Below, piece after piece: positions 43,749 through 54,298 of a stretch of 62,877 nucleotides of DNA (positions are counted from its first letter, which is position 1; each line of letters begins with the position of its first letter). The notes under the pieces are model-generated. The model made no database searches. It had not been told where the DNA came from and saw only the letters and a list, made by a program, of their open reading frames with translations. This DNA comes from a virus (taxonomy: Duplodnaviria > Caudoviricetes): positions 1 through 62,877 of the IMG/VR virus record IMGVR_UViG_3300046167_000556; one strand, given 5' to 3'. The translations under genes were made by a program, and so were the position numbers.

Positions 43749-46700
43749 CTATTGCTTCAAGCTTTCTATTTCTTTTTCTAATTCGTTTATTTTGGTAATT
43801 AACTCTTTTATAGCCGCGGTATTGATAGCGATTATATTATTGTACTCCACGCTAAGAGGATTTTCTATACCATGAATTTTATTTTTATTTTGTAGTATAG
43901 CTGTTGGTATAACTTCTTTAACTTCCTGAGCCAAGAAGCCGTACTTATCCTCCAATTTAACACTTAAATCCTTTCTGCTTGATAAATTTGATTTCCAATC
44001 ATACTTAACTGGAGCCAGCTGATTTACTATATTAATTGGGTCTTCAATTTCTTTTATATTTTCTTTAAGTCTTTTGTCTGAAAAACTGCTAGCCGCTAAG
44101 ACGCTTGTTGTGTAAGAAGATGTATCCCCGGCTACCTGTATATCTCCCCAAAATTCTGCTACATTTGTTCCTGCTGTAACATCCCCAATCGCGGCATAAC
44201 CATCATTACTTCTAACTTGTAAACCGTTTTCGGCTAATACAACTCGTTTATTAGTTCCTGAGTTTTCTCTAAATACAACTGGTTGCAGACCACTATTTTC
44301 ACGCACACTAGCATAGGCTGTAACTGTTTTAGGTCCAGTATACGATGAACTTTGTATAGTTTTTACAGTAAGGTTTTTCCACTCGTGCTTTAGCTTAAAC
44401 TGTGTAACTTTTATCTCACTGTTTATTTCTAGGTCATTAAGTGTCCCTCCTATTTGGTCCGCAGGGCCCGCAAACGTACTACCAGCAATATCATCGTAGT
44501 AAAAATTCCATGGCCCACATCCGTTTGGTTCCCCGGTGTTTTCGTTGTATGTACCACCGTAATCAACCGATATGCCACCATAACGCGAAAGCGTATTTCC
44601 AACATCTCTTTGGACATTTCTATCAGCTAGTACTTGTTTAACTTCTTTTTCAGATGTAGAACCATCTTCATTGGTGATTGTAAATGTTATTTCAGCAGTT
44701 AGTTTGTAGTCGTAAGAAACAGGTGCACTAACCCAAACGTCAGGATGCTCAGGTTCGCACGTTTGTGGATTAGTGTACCCCAGTCGATAGCCACTCGCGA
44801 CCAGGTCTAAAGGTATATCTAAACCCAACCCCCCTCTTTTTTCTGGTATAAAGCCTGTAAATTTAAATACTATAGAGCTTCCAGTTGCAGTATAAGTGGT
44901 ATTATCCTCTACACTGGCATTCGCGTATTCTACAATATCACTAAATACAATATTACCGCTGCTATTAATAGTGCTAGCAGTAGCCATACCTCCTTGATTT
45001 CCCGTAAAATTCGTATCTACATAACTGACCGGAGTTATAGACGGCAAGTTTGTAGCGGCTATAGTAATTTCGCCATAGCCAGTAGACGGGAAGCGACCGG
45101 TGGGGTCTAATACTATAGAAGGGTTACTATGTCCTGATTTTAAAGCGTTATTTGTTACAACCCAATTACCTAATTTACCAGCTTCATGTATACCGTTAAA
45201 CTTAGCAGTGCCATCCGCGTTTATAAAAAACTTCTCAGCATGTATAGATCCGTTGTCTAGGTTTACAGCCATACCTTTGTCTGAGAAACCTTCGGTAGGA
45301 GTGGTAGTATGCTGATAATTCTTACTAGATATGATACCTGTTTTAATATTGCCACCGTTTATTTCCGTGCTACCGCTTTCTTCTAAAGCGCTGAATGTTA
45401 CAACTTGGTTAAAAGCAAAAGATCTTACAGGGGGTTGAAAAACAACTCTACCAACTCCACTGTTATCCGCTATTAGCAACGGGTTGTAAATATCTACTTC
45501 ATCACCTTCTAATAAAGTTAATGTTATTTGCGGGTTGTTTCCATCATTCACGTTAACACCTGTTAAGGAGTATTTAACGAAAGTGTTTGTTAATGTAACC
45601 TCTAAGTTTTCGTAAGGAGTGTAGTCAGAACCATGCTCTTGCAGTCTTAATCTAAGTCTACCACTACCTCTTGCCCAAACCGAAACAGTACCTGAATCTT
45701 TCCAGTAAGTAGCGCTGCTTGCTTGGACTCCGTGTGTCGCAATATACGGATCTTGAGCAGCTATTGTTCTACTTATTGTATAAACCCCAGGTTCCCCTGA
45801 AGCATAGCTAACTGATGCTCCATTGCCTCTGTACCAGTCTATAGGGTCTGATAGATGATGCACCTCATTTTCTGTTACATAATAGCTAGATGACCAGTAT
45901 TGATTTGAAGCGGTACCAGCTGCCATTTCGGGAGTTTCTGTACCCCAGTACGAAGGTAAATTAATAAACGACCCTTCGTTAAAATCGAAAGCATAACTAG
46001 AGCTAGATAATTGGGTTGGAGCTGTCGCTTTACCTGATTGATAAAAAACCACTCCTTTAGCAGTTCTTCCACCGTTTGCTCCATCAAGCCCAGGTAAACC
46101 ATTTGTACCCTCTGCTCCTCTTTGGTAATATATAGCCGGAGTTGACCACTCGCCTTTACTCCATGTGTTAGTCAATAGATCTCCGTTTGAATCAAATGTT
46201 TTTGTATTATAATACCTAACACTTGATACCCATTCCGTATCATCTACACTTGCAGTTGGATCATCTGTCCACCCTGCGGGTATTGTTTCTGTCGTTCCAT
46301 TGTATGAACCAGTTTCCGGAGCCTCCGGTTGAGTGTCTGAGACTTTATATATAAAACTTACATATGCTCCATCCGTACCGTCAATACCATCAGCCCCTGA
46401 AGGCCCTTTCGGCCCATCTGCACCTGCTATAGATTTTGAAATACTATATTCGGCAGTTAATATAACATCGGACGCAGCATTAGCTGTGGCTGCTGGAATA
46501 GTGGCTTTAAATACGGCAAATCCATTATTAGCTTGCAAATCAGATATTGTATATACGCCTGAAGAATCTATAGATGCTGTGATTTCGTTTTGAGAATCAA
46601 CTTCAAAAGCACAACTTGTTGTTACGTCTGCATTGCCAACAAATACTTTAAAAGTACCTCCTGAGCCTGTATAACTTGAAACAGTCCCATCTGCGGCTGC

Positions 46701-49700
46701 TGATACAACGTGAGCTGCGTTTGTCAAAAATGCTGTTGGAGCATCACTTCCATCTTGAACTCCATATATAGTAACTTCATCTGTTGCCACAAGTGTACCA
46801 TCATCATATAGCTCTACTTCTACAACAACACTGTCCCCGCTCGCTGGTTCACTTGCATCAAGCAATGTAAAAGTTGAAGTTGATGACGCAGCATCTCCCT
46901 GAGCCTCATCATTAATATAATATCTATATGTAGCCGTGCCCTCAACGTTTTGACCTACGGCATTAAATATTATCGTATCTGTTTCGGCTCCAGCGGTAGA
47001 GTAATTTATAACGTGTTTAGATGGGTTTAACTTGACCACTTTAGCATCTGCTCCGTTTGTACCGGCTTTTGATTTAGATATACTATAAGTTTGTGTTAGT
47101 ATTACATCCTCATCTGTATTAGCGAGGCTATTTGGTACCGTAGCTTGGAATATTGCAGTACCGCTGTCGGCTGTCATTTGTGAAATAATATAAACACCCT
47201 TAGGAGTGTCATTATCACTATTATTGTCTATTGTAACACCAACACCATTTTCTTCAATTTTGGCAAATTCACATTGCGAAGTTATATCGGTAGTTCCTAG
47301 AAGTACCTTAAATGCACCTCCTGCTTCAGAATACTCTCCAGTTACATTTCCATCACTATCTGCCGAGATAGTATGTGTTGCATTGGTTAAAAAACTAGTT
47401 AAAGCACTTTCTCCTAGTATTTTTTTCCACGTGTAATCACTAAAAGTAGTAGAATCAGCTTCTGTACTATCAACATAAGTACCAATATAATCACCTACAT
47501 CTTCACCATCAGGAAGAGTAAAATTTGCACCATCATTAGAGTATTTTATATGTAAATAACTAGAAACTCCAGGGTCACCGTTATCATAATCAACTCCTTT
47601 TTCTGGAACAAACTTAGTAGCAGGTCCATATACAAAATCTCCTTCTCCATTAGTTTGTACACCGGTTCTTATATAGTAATAAGTTTCACCTGCTGCTTGA
47701 GTAGTAACCCATGTGCCCCCATCTATAGAATATTCTACTATAACATTGTTACCAGCAATTCCGTCATCATAATCCCTTCCTTTTACAGGGCTATAACCAT
47801 CTTTGACACCGTATATAGATATAGAATCTTCAGCTACTAAAGTATCATCATCATATAGTTTTACTTTAACAACAACATTTTCTCCACTAGATGGTTCATC
47901 CTCTTCTGGTAGCGTAAATGTTGATAAAAGACCTAGCTCTTGCTTTTTATTATCACCAACATAAAATTCATACCCTGCTGTACCTTCTATATTTTGAGGA
48001 GTAGTAGTAAATGTTATAGCGTCAGTTTCTACATCAATTAATTTATCGTCTACCTCATCATATACAGTGGAATAACTTATAAAGTGTTTTGAAGGACTTA
48101 GTTTAACTGTCTTTGCATTTGCTCCTGGTATTCCTTGAGGTCCTTGAATATTTCCAGCATTAACCCAAGCCGACCCATCCCATACGTACAAATTCCCATC
48201 TACTAAGTATCCATCTCCATTTGTAACCCCAGATGTTGGTAAGTCATTGACTGTGTCTACAGAGCCTATTATATTAACAGAAGTTCCATCTGTACCTGCT
48301 ATTTTATCAAAAGTAATACCCGAAACGCTGTCACCGTCTGTCCATTCTCCATTATAAAAAGCTATATGAGTAAGCGTTCCTTTCGTAGTTGACGCGTTTG
48401 TTCCAACTGTATCTTCTGCATATATAACAGTGGTTGTAAAACTAGCTGGTACATCAGACAAGTCGCCAAATGTTATTGTACCAATAGCCCCTTGTTTTAT
48501 TTTCACGACTCCATCTACAACTTCAAATGGTGCTGTACTGCTGCTATCGTTATATATTTTAAAGCTATCTGCTAAAAAGCTAACCTCTGATCCTTCGTTG
48601 TTGGCTAATAGTTTCATACCGGCAACATTGCCATTGGCATCAACTTGTAACCCATACGTGCTCTCTAAAGCGCCATCTACCCTGGCTACTACGTTCGCTG
48701 TTTCTTTTACGGCAGCATAAATACCTAAAAACTCTAATTCCGTATCATCCGCTAAATTTTCAGCTAGCGATAGTGTTATATTATTTCCATCAACAACGGA
48801 CACAAAAGTACCAGGTGTTATACCAGCTCCTTTAATCTGAAACCCCTCACGTATTGTTCCTGAAACATTATCTACCGTTATAGATGTGTTACCTGTAAAC
48901 GATACTGTTGTCTCGTTTTCTAAATATATTTCATTATCTAAAAATATGTTTTCTTGCTCTATAGCCTCAACACGCCATCTAAGATCCCTGTTTATTGTGG
49001 AATCTTGAGCAGAGTACGTGACATATTGCCCAACTTCAATATCAGAATTAGCAGCAGTGAGCACAAGTTGTTTTGTTCCTGAAACAGCTCCATCCAATGT
49101 TGCAGTGACAGGAGCGCCAGCGCTTCCGTTAACAAGAGCTGTTGCTTGAGATTGTGGCGTACCGTCTAATTTATCAATACCAACCGCAGCACTCAAGTTA
49201 TTTACATATCCTGCTGTAGCAGAATTTGCATCAACCTCGTTATTAACAGCTGTTTTAAAGTCCGCGGATAAAGATGTATTAAAATTATTATCACTATCAA
49301 AAGCACCAAGCTCAGCACCAAGATTTGAAACCTTAGAAGCAGTCGCGGAATCAGTATCGACTGTTGTTATTACAGTATCTAAATAATCAGATGATCCGCT
49401 TATTGAAAAATTATTGTTGGTATCAAACGACCCAAACTTAGCGGACATAGACGTAATTTTGCTTGCAGTAGCGCCTATTCTGCTATCGTCTGTTAGTGTC
49501 CAAATGCGAACACCAACGTTGCTAGGATCTTCGTCTACTATATATACTTTATTATTGTCATTTGTATCATACCATATTGAAGCATCCGGAATAACTTGCT
49601 CGGATGTACTATCGGAATAAATAGAAGGAGTATCATCCTGTCTATAAACATTGGGCTTAGTGCTTACTATAGCACCAAGTTCTGTTAATTTTTGAGCATC

Positions 49701-50759
49701 AGCATAATTTGTTGCTGATTCCCTTTCCATGACACTATTAGCGAAAGATTCACTAAGGTTAGTTATATTACCTTCAGCGTCATATTCCCCAAAACTACCC
49801 GCTAAGTTTGTAGCAAAAGTAGAATTATTACCAATGTCAGTCGTATGCGTTTGTAATGTCTGTGTAGCAGTCGCACTAGAATCCACCAATGACCCAATAC
49901 GAGAATCATCGGTTTCTTGCCATTCCTTCGGAGGCCCCTCTACTAACATGTATAATTTATTCCCCTCTGATGTATTATACCACAATGATCCAGCAGGCTC
50001 GTCAGTGGCAGGTATATCATTTTGCCTAAATATATTTGGTTTAGTAGAAACAGTTGAAGAGAGATTTGTTACGCTTTGCGATGTAGCGTAGTCAGTTGTG
50101 TTTTCTGTAGACATTACGCTATTTGCAAATGACTCAGACAATAACCCTGTTTCAGTATCAAAAATCCGTGAGGTAAGATTTGTTACATCAGACGTTCTTG
50201 CTAAGTTTTCTGTGTTTGAAGTGCTAAGTACATTATTAGCAAATGACTCAGAAAGAGATACTAAGTTACCGTTTTCGTCAAACGTACCTAATTCGCTTTG
50301 CAGTATGGTAAAAGATTCAGCGCTTGCCAAATCAGCTGTAGATTCGCTCATTAAACCTTGCACAGCTACTGTATCAGAATATGAAGCCAGCCTTCCGTTT
50401 ACATAGCTTTGGTAATCTGTTTGTACCTGCATCTCTATCCGACTAATAGCTCCGTTTAAATTAGCTTGTGTTTCAATTTTTAATTCGGCTAAGCCGGAAG
50501 ATATAGTATCTACGGATCCTGCGGTCGCATATCCCCCTATAGTTAAAACGTTATCTTCAATACTCATATAATCCTGAAGTTCTGAAACGAAGTCTATAGC
50601 AGATGGGTTATTACCTAATTGAATAAAGCCAGATACATAGTCCGCTACCTGACCTATCGATACAGAAAGAGTACGTTGCTCTTCTGTGGAATCTGATAAA
50701 AGCAACACATCATCTCCAGTTAAGTTTTCTACTCTAGGATAACTGTATATTGTAGCCAT
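43749..50759 (-). CDS. Long tail fibre (2336 aa) with C-terminal S74-type intramolecular chaperone
   Basis: SDKRLKENI...YGFLAQEV, Gly-X-Y stretches, YGLQVDANGNVAGMKL segment and duplicated modules. Confidence 0.9.
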   Translation of the reverse strand: MATIYSYPRVENLTGDDVLLLSDSTEEQRTLSVSIGQVADYVSGFIQLGNNPSAIDFVSELQDYMSIEDNVLTIGGYATAGSVDTISSGLAELKIETQANLNGAISRIEMQVQTDYQSYVNGRLASYSDTVAVQGLMSESTADLASAESFTILQSELGTFDENGNLVSLSESFANNVLSTSNTENLARTSDVTNLTSRIFDTETGLLSESFANSVMSTENTTDYATSQSVTNLSSTVSTKPNIFRQNDIPATDEPAGSLWYNTSEGNKLYMLVEGPPKEWQETDDSRIGSLVDSSATATQTLQTHTTDIGNNSTFATNLAGSFGEYDAEGNITNLSESFANSVMERESATNYADAQKLTELGAIVSTKPNVYRQDDTPSIYSDSTSEQVIPDASIWYDTNDNNKVYIVDEDPSNVGVRIWTLTDDSRIGATASKITSMSAKFGSFDTNNNFSISGSSDYLDTVITTVDTDSATASKVSNLGAELGAFDSDNNFNTSLSADFKTAVNNEVDANSATAGYVNNLSAAVGIDKLDGTPQSQATALVNGSAGAPVTATLDGAVSGTKQLVLTAANSDIEVGQYVTYSAQDSTINRDLRWRVEAIEQENIFLDNEIYLENETTVSFTGNTSITVDNVSGTIREGFQIKGAGITPGTFVSVVDGNNITLSLAENLADDTELEFLGIYAAVKETANVVARVDGALESTYGLQVDANGNVAGMKLLANNEGSEVSFLADSFKIYNDSSSTAPFEVVDGVVKIKQGAIGTITFGDLSDVPASFTTTVIYAEDTVGTNASTTKGTLTHIAFYNGEWTDGDSVSGITFDKIAGTDGTSVNIIGSVDTVNDLPTSGVTNGDGYLVDGNLYVWDGSAWVNAGNIQGPQGIPGANAKTVKLSPSKHFISYSTVYDEVDDKLIDVETDAITFTTTPQNIEGTAGYEFYVGDNKKQELGLLSTFTLPEEDEPSSGENVVVKVKLYDDDTLVAEDSISIYGVKDGYSPVKGRDYDDGIAGNNVIVEYSIDGGTWVTTQAAGETYYYIRTGVQTNGEGDFVYGPATKFVPEKGVDYDNGDPGVSSYLHIKYSNDGANFTLPDGEDVGDYIGTYVDSTEADSTTFSDYTWKKILGESALTSFLTNATHTISADSDGNVTGEYSEAGGAFKVLLGTTDITSQCEFAKIEENGVGVTIDNNSDNDTPKGVYIISQMTADSGTAIFQATVPNSLANTDEDVILTQTYSISKSKAGTNGADAKVVKLNPSKHVINYSTAGAETDTIIFNAVGQNVEGTATYRYYINDEAQGDAASSTSTFTLLDASEPASGDSVVVEVELYDDGTLVATDEVTIYGVQDGSDAPTAFLTNAAHVVSAAADGTVSSYTGSGGTFKVFVGNADVTTSCAFEVDSQNEITASIDSSGVYTISDLQANNGFAVFKATIPAATANAASDVILTAEYSISKSIAGADGPKGPSGADGIDGTDGAYVSFIYKVSDTQPEAPETGSYNGTTETIPAGWTDDPTASVDDTEWVSSVRYYNTKTFDSNGDLLTNTWSKGEWSTPAIYYQRGAEGTNGLPGLDGANGGRTAKGVVFYQSGKATAPTQLSSSSYAFDFNEGSFINLPSYWGTETPEMAAGTASNQYWSSSYYVTENEVHHLSDPIDWYRGNGASVSYASGEPGVYTISRTIAAQDPYIATHGVQASSATYWKDSGTVSVWARGSGRLRLRLQEHGSDYTPYENLEVTLTNTFVKYSLTGVNVNDGNNPQITLTLLEGDEVDIYNPLLIADNSGVGRVVFQPPVRSFAFNQVVTFSALEESGSTEINGGNIKTGIISSKNYQHTTTPTEGFSDKGMAVNLDNGSIHAEKFFINADGTAKFNGIHEAGKLGNWVVTNNALKSGHSNPSIVLDPTGRFPSTGYGEITIAATNLPSITPVSYVDTNFTGNQGGMATASTINSSGNIVFSDIVEYANASVEDNTTYTATGSSIVFKFTGFIPEKRGGLGLDIPLDLVASGYRLGYTNPQTCEPEHPDVWVSAPVSYDYKLTAEITFTITNEDGSTSEKEVKQVLADRNVQRDVGNTLSRYGGISVDYGGTYNENTGEPNGCGPWNFYYDDIAGSTFAGPADQIGGTLNDLEINSEIKVTQFKLKHEWKNLTVKTIQSSSYTGPKTVTAYASVRENSGLQPVVFRENSGTNKRVVLAENGLQVRSNDGYAAIGDVTAGTNVAEFWGDIQVAGDTSSYTTSVLAASSFSDKRLKENIKEIEDPINIVNQLAPVKYDWKSNLSSRKDLSVKLEDKYGFLAQEVKEVIPTAILQNKNKIHGIENPLSVEYNNIIAINTAAIKELITKINELEKEIESLKQ

Positions 50760-50788
50760 ATATTACTTTTTGTTTGTTTTTTTCTTTT

Positions 50789-51105
50789 TTACACCCATGG
50801 TATCCCCTTTTTAAGCGGAGGATTCACAATAGCTTCCTTGTTAGCTAAAGCTGCTGCGTCTATATTTGTTTCTGTTTGTAAAACAACCTATTGCCCCCAG
50901 ATCATCTTTAACCCAGCCCAATACTACTTCTTCAGTAAGATCTTCATAGGGAATATAGTCAGTCCCCCGGTACACCCTTGTATTCACTAATAAACACTTC
51001 ACGAGCATAACCAGGACCGTCTGTTTTTTCGCATACCGTAGTAACTTCCGCTACATACCCATCTGATACTCGATGATTCATTTCTAATACTTTCCAATTT
51101 GCCAT
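50789..51105 (-). CDS. Small tail-fibre-associated protein (frameshifted)
   Basis: MANWKVLEM...YIPYEDLTEEVVLGWVKD...GIPWV. Confidence 0.6.
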
Positions 51106-51115
51106 TTGTTTTATT

Positions 51116-52408
51116 TTATGTCATTCTTATTTTAACTGTACTTCCAGTTCTATATAATTGTCCTACTTCAACTCCGCCTGCCGCTGCTGCCGTGTCATCC
51201 GTATAAGAAGAGCTATAGAGCAAAGCCCACGCCATAATCTGCATAGAGTCACCCGCACTTGTATCGCCCGCGGATGTTGGTTTGCCCCTGAACTCCCAAG
51301 CTGTTCGTCTTGTTTCATTGTTTACCCCAACCCCGAAAGCTACGGTTGACCTGCCGTTTGGGTTATCAGACCTAAGAACAGTAGGGTCAGAAAATTGCCC
51401 TAGAATAATAGTATTGTCCGTAGCGGGTTTATTTTCTCTACCGATTAAATAAGTTCTTTTTTTGTCTAAAACATCGTTGTGATCTCCTATTGCAAATGAT
51501 TTAAAATTAATATTATAATTTCCAAAACCAAATGCATATGCTTTTTCAGAGGCATTGAGGCTATTGTTAGTACCAACGGCCGCAGATGCAGAACCTACAA
51601 CTGTATTAGACTTTCCAAAAGCATATGACTCATCACCAGTAATTGCATTTTGTTGACCAACTGAATATGTTCTATCAGCAGTAGAACTATTACCAGCACC
51701 AATAGTATAAGCCCCTTGATTGTCGCTGTTTACAATATTATTCGTACCTAAACAAACTATACGATCACCTAAAACATTGTTTAAGTGCCCAAATACCAGT
51801 ATAGACCCAAAACCATCACCTGTTTCCGCAACTATATTTCTATCACCTAAAACAATAGTGTCAATAGAATCTACGGTGTTATCTCTACCAATTACAAATT
51901 GTCTTGGAACGCCTGAAGAAGTAACATTATCAACACCAGCCACAAAGCTAGTTCCGCTATTTGTTTGGTTCCTTTGCCCAACGGTTAATGAATAACTACT
52001 GTTAGCTCGATTATCTATACCTATAACAGCTGAGTCTGAAACATCTGTCGATGTTACTTGGTTATCAACCCCTACAGCCAAGAGTTTTGTTGTGCTCGCT
52101 ATAAAGACATTGCCGTTACCCACAGATAAAGTATAGTTAGCTCCCAATTCAGGATCATTAACTCTTATCGGTATCCCTATAGTAATATTGTTACCATTAT
52201 GTTGTTTAATAGCAGAGTCACCTATGGCCCTGGCATCTGTAAATACAGGTATTGTGTTAACTGTACCGTTTACATTATCAGGTTTTTCTGCCAAGTCAAT
52301 TATTGATCCTACTGTAAAGTTTTTTGTTACTTTACCTGTAATATCAGTACCTACTATTAAATCCCCCGACTCAGGAGTTACCGTCGGGTATGAATAAATT
52401 ATTGCCAT
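51116..52408 (-). CDS. Tail spike/fibre with YadA-head-like beta-roll repeats
   Basis: ~14-residue S-x-x-x-G-x-x-N repeats; MAIIYSYP N-terminus. Confidence 0.8.
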   Translation of the reverse strand: MAIIYSYPTVTPESGDLIVGTDITGKVTKNFTVGSIIDLAEKPDNVNGTVNTIPVFTDARAIGDSAIKQHNGNNITIGIPIRVNDPELGANYTLSVGNGNVFIASTTKLLAVGVDNQVTSTDVSDSAVIGIDNRANSSYSLTVGQRNQTNSGTSFVAGVDNVTSSGVPRQFVIGRDNTVDSIDTIVLGDRNIVAETGDGFGSILVFGHLNNVLGDRIVCLGTNNIVNSDNQGAYTIGAGNSSTADRTYSVGQQNAITGDESYAFGKSNTVVGSASAAVGTNNSLNASEKAYAFGFGNYNINFKSFAIGDHNDVLDKKRTYLIGRENKPATDNTIILGQFSDPTVLRSDNPNGRSTVAFGVGVNNETRRTAWEFRGKPTSAGDTSAGDSMQIMAWALLYSSSYTDDTAAAAGGVEVGQLYRTGSTVKIRMT

Positions 52409-52411
52409 GTG

Positions 52412-52720
52412 TTATTTTTTAGTTGTTTTCTTCTTTCTCTTACGATCACCGTTTTTAAATGTATCTCTATTGCTAGATATAGAAACTCTTTTAGTATTAC
52501 CTACTTTACCATTAACATGATGTATGTCCGATGTACTATTTTGCCCTATCCTCTGGTTTTCTGCCTTTTTCTCTTTTCTCTTGTGTTGAGATGTTGATCT
52601 TCCACTGCCAGATTTAGAGCATGTACCTGTTTCTGGGTTCCACACCCAGCCTTTGGCATAACATAAGTCTCTTTCTGCTTTTCTAGCTCTTGCGCCGGGT
52701 GATAGTTTTTGTTTTCCCAT
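52412..52720 (-). CDS. Small basic HNH-like protein
   Basis: DIHHVNG...N...SSNR; first gene of the late arm. Confidence 0.55.
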   Translation of the reverse strand: MGKQKLSPGARARKAERDLCYAKGWVWNPETGTCSKSGSGRSTSQHKRKEKKAENQRIGQNSTSDIHHVNGKVGNTKRVSISSNRDTFKNGDRKRKKKTTKK

Positions 52721-52726
52721 ACCTTA

Positions 52727-52754
52727 TATACTCACACGCGATACCGTATATTTA
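52727..52754 (-). promoter_or_regulatory. Class II promoter at start of late arm
   Basis: TAAA-N15-GTGAGTATA. Confidence 0.65.
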
Positions 52755-52766
52755 CATGCTCTCATA

Positions 52767-52815
52767 ATGCGACGTTAGCCTCTTACTATTATATATAACT
52801 ACCTATTGTCGCACT
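52767..52815. repeat. ~50-bp palindromic element, copy 1 (others at 54250-54298 and 60730-60780)
   Basis: TGCGAC-NN-TAGCC, AT-rich core, CTATTGTCGCA. Confidence 0.8.
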
Positions 52816-53204
52816 GCGGATCTTTAGAATTTTTAATAAAAAATTTTTTGTTAGATACAGGGAACTATGGGGTTATATACTATATTCTACTGACATAAAA
52901 AAATAATAAACCCGTTTTGTTTTGACCCAGTCCCCGTGTGTTTTTACGCTTTCGGGATAGGCTTTTGCCTTTCGTATGGTTTTCCTGCAATATGTTGAGG
53001 TATTCGGGACTTGTACTGCTGCGGCGTGCGCTTGATCCTGTGCTGGTCTGATCTGGTCCTGGTCTCTGATGCTTGTGCTTGACAACCTCCCTTGATGGAA
53101 GCGGAGCGTAGCAAAGCGTATAGCATTTACAAAGTAGATACGAAGTATATTTGATAATATAAGTGAATAAAGAAATTAATAATAATAATTTAAAAATAAT
53201 AAAA

Positions 53205-53348
53205 ATGTCTTTAACAAAATCAATTAACATTACTTCAAAAGATTTCAACAACATTGAAAAAGTATTTCATACTTATCTTCAAAATAATCCAAAAGATCAA
53301 TCAACATTAAAAACAATACAATCTATAATTAATCAATCCATAGATTAA
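53205..53348 (+). CDS. Early hypothetical protein (47 aa)
   Basis: ATG after an A-rich leader downstream of the first motif. Confidence 0.6.
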   Translation: MSLTKSINITSKDFNNIEKVFHTYLQNNPKDQSTLKTIQSIINQSID

Positions 53349-53463
53349 ACCTCCCCTCGAGGAGCCATCGAAATCAAAGTATAATTACAAAGTAGATACG
53401 AAGTACTACTGATAATATAAATGTAACTAAGTAAATAATAATAATAACTAAATAAATTAAATT

Positions 53464-53784
53464 ATGACTAATCAAGAATTAATGACTCAAGCGATCGCAA
53501 ACATGACTAACGAAGAGAAAGCAAAGATCTTTCCACCAATCGAACGTAAGAACTTCGTAGTAAGAAAATCATGGCTCGGACGAAACCAAGTAATCAAATT
53601 CGTCAACAACAAAAATCAAGTTGTAACGTACAACCACGATACCATACTTGAAGCGATGTTACCTAAACTAAGTATAATGCCATGTTGGATCAAACGAGGA
53701 TACTGGTCTCAATCAACTAACTTACCAACCAATGTTAGGCATCTAGCCGAGATCATTGATCAAGAAGTCGAGGTAACTAAATAA
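53464..53784 (+). CDS. Early hypothetical protein
   Basis: 106-aa ORF after the second motif. Confidence 0.75.
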   Translation: MTNQELMTQAIANMTNEEKAKIFPPIERKNFVVRKSWLGRNQVIKFVNNKNQVVTYNHDTILEAMLPKLSIMPCWIKRGYWSQSTNLPTNVRHLAEIIDQEVEVTK

Positions 53785-53872
53785 CCTCCCTTGATGGAAA
53801 CCCCTAATCCATCTTCCTTTACAAACTGAATACGAATAGTAACTGATAATATATACGAATAACAAATAAATT

Positions 53873-54022
53873 ATGAATACACGATCAAAACAAACCGAAT
53901 ACTTAAAAAATATTATAACCGATCTGGAAAATAAAAACGATAGAATCGCATTACTATGGACTTTAGCAAATAGTAAGAAAATAAACAGAAGACAGTTCAA
54001 AGAATTAATTAACAAACTATAA
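53873..54022 (+). CDS. Early hypothetical protein (49 aa)
   Basis: Manually read ORF after the third motif. Confidence 0.6.
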   Translation: MNTRSKQTEYLKNIITDLENKNDRIALLWTLANSKKINRRQFKELINKL

Positions 54023-54106
54023 TAACATGAAAAAAGTAATCACGAAAGTAATAAACGAATTAAAACTAATGCGCTAAAGCAATTCATTCAATAAAACAAT
54101 AATACT

Positions 54107-54247
54107 ATGTACGAAAAAAAGATTATAACAAGACAAGACGGATCAACATACGAATCATACTTTTGGAAAACAGTTGCTGATCTGCAATGGACCGAAGCTC
54201 AAGAGCAGATGCAAAAAGCTATCGATCAGTTCGGAACCTCATCTTAA
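54107..54247 (+). CDS. Early hypothetical protein (46 aa)
   Basis: MYEKKIITRQDGSTYESYFWK... Confidence 0.55.
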   Translation: MYEKKIITRQDGSTYESYFWKTVADLQWTEAQEQMQKAIDQFGTSS

Positions 54248-54249
54248 TA

Positions 54250-54298
54250 ATGCGACAGTAGCCTACTATTATAATATATAACAGGCTATTGTCACACT
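54250..54298. repeat. Palindromic element, copy 2
   Basis: ATGCGACAGTAGCCT...AGGCTATTGTCACACT. Confidence 0.8.

Larger units (their letters stand above)
53084..53799 (+). repeat. 17-bp direct repeat AACCTCCCTTGATGGAA (53084, 53783; variant at 53348)
   Basis: Exact match at two sites, each just upstream of a class I motif. Confidence 0.75.

Noticed and set aside
43749-52408. Diversity-generating retroelement or invertase-based tail switching
   Set aside because: No reverse transcriptase, recombinase or template/variable repeat pair is visible.
9815-52720. Stop-codon reassignment explaining the fragmented late genes
   Set aside because: The breaks change frame rather than being in-frame stops, and very long ORFs are intact in the standard code.
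52873-53254. Minus-strand ORFs in the divergence region
   Set aside because: They overlap promoter motifs and low-complexity DNA and show no protein-like features.
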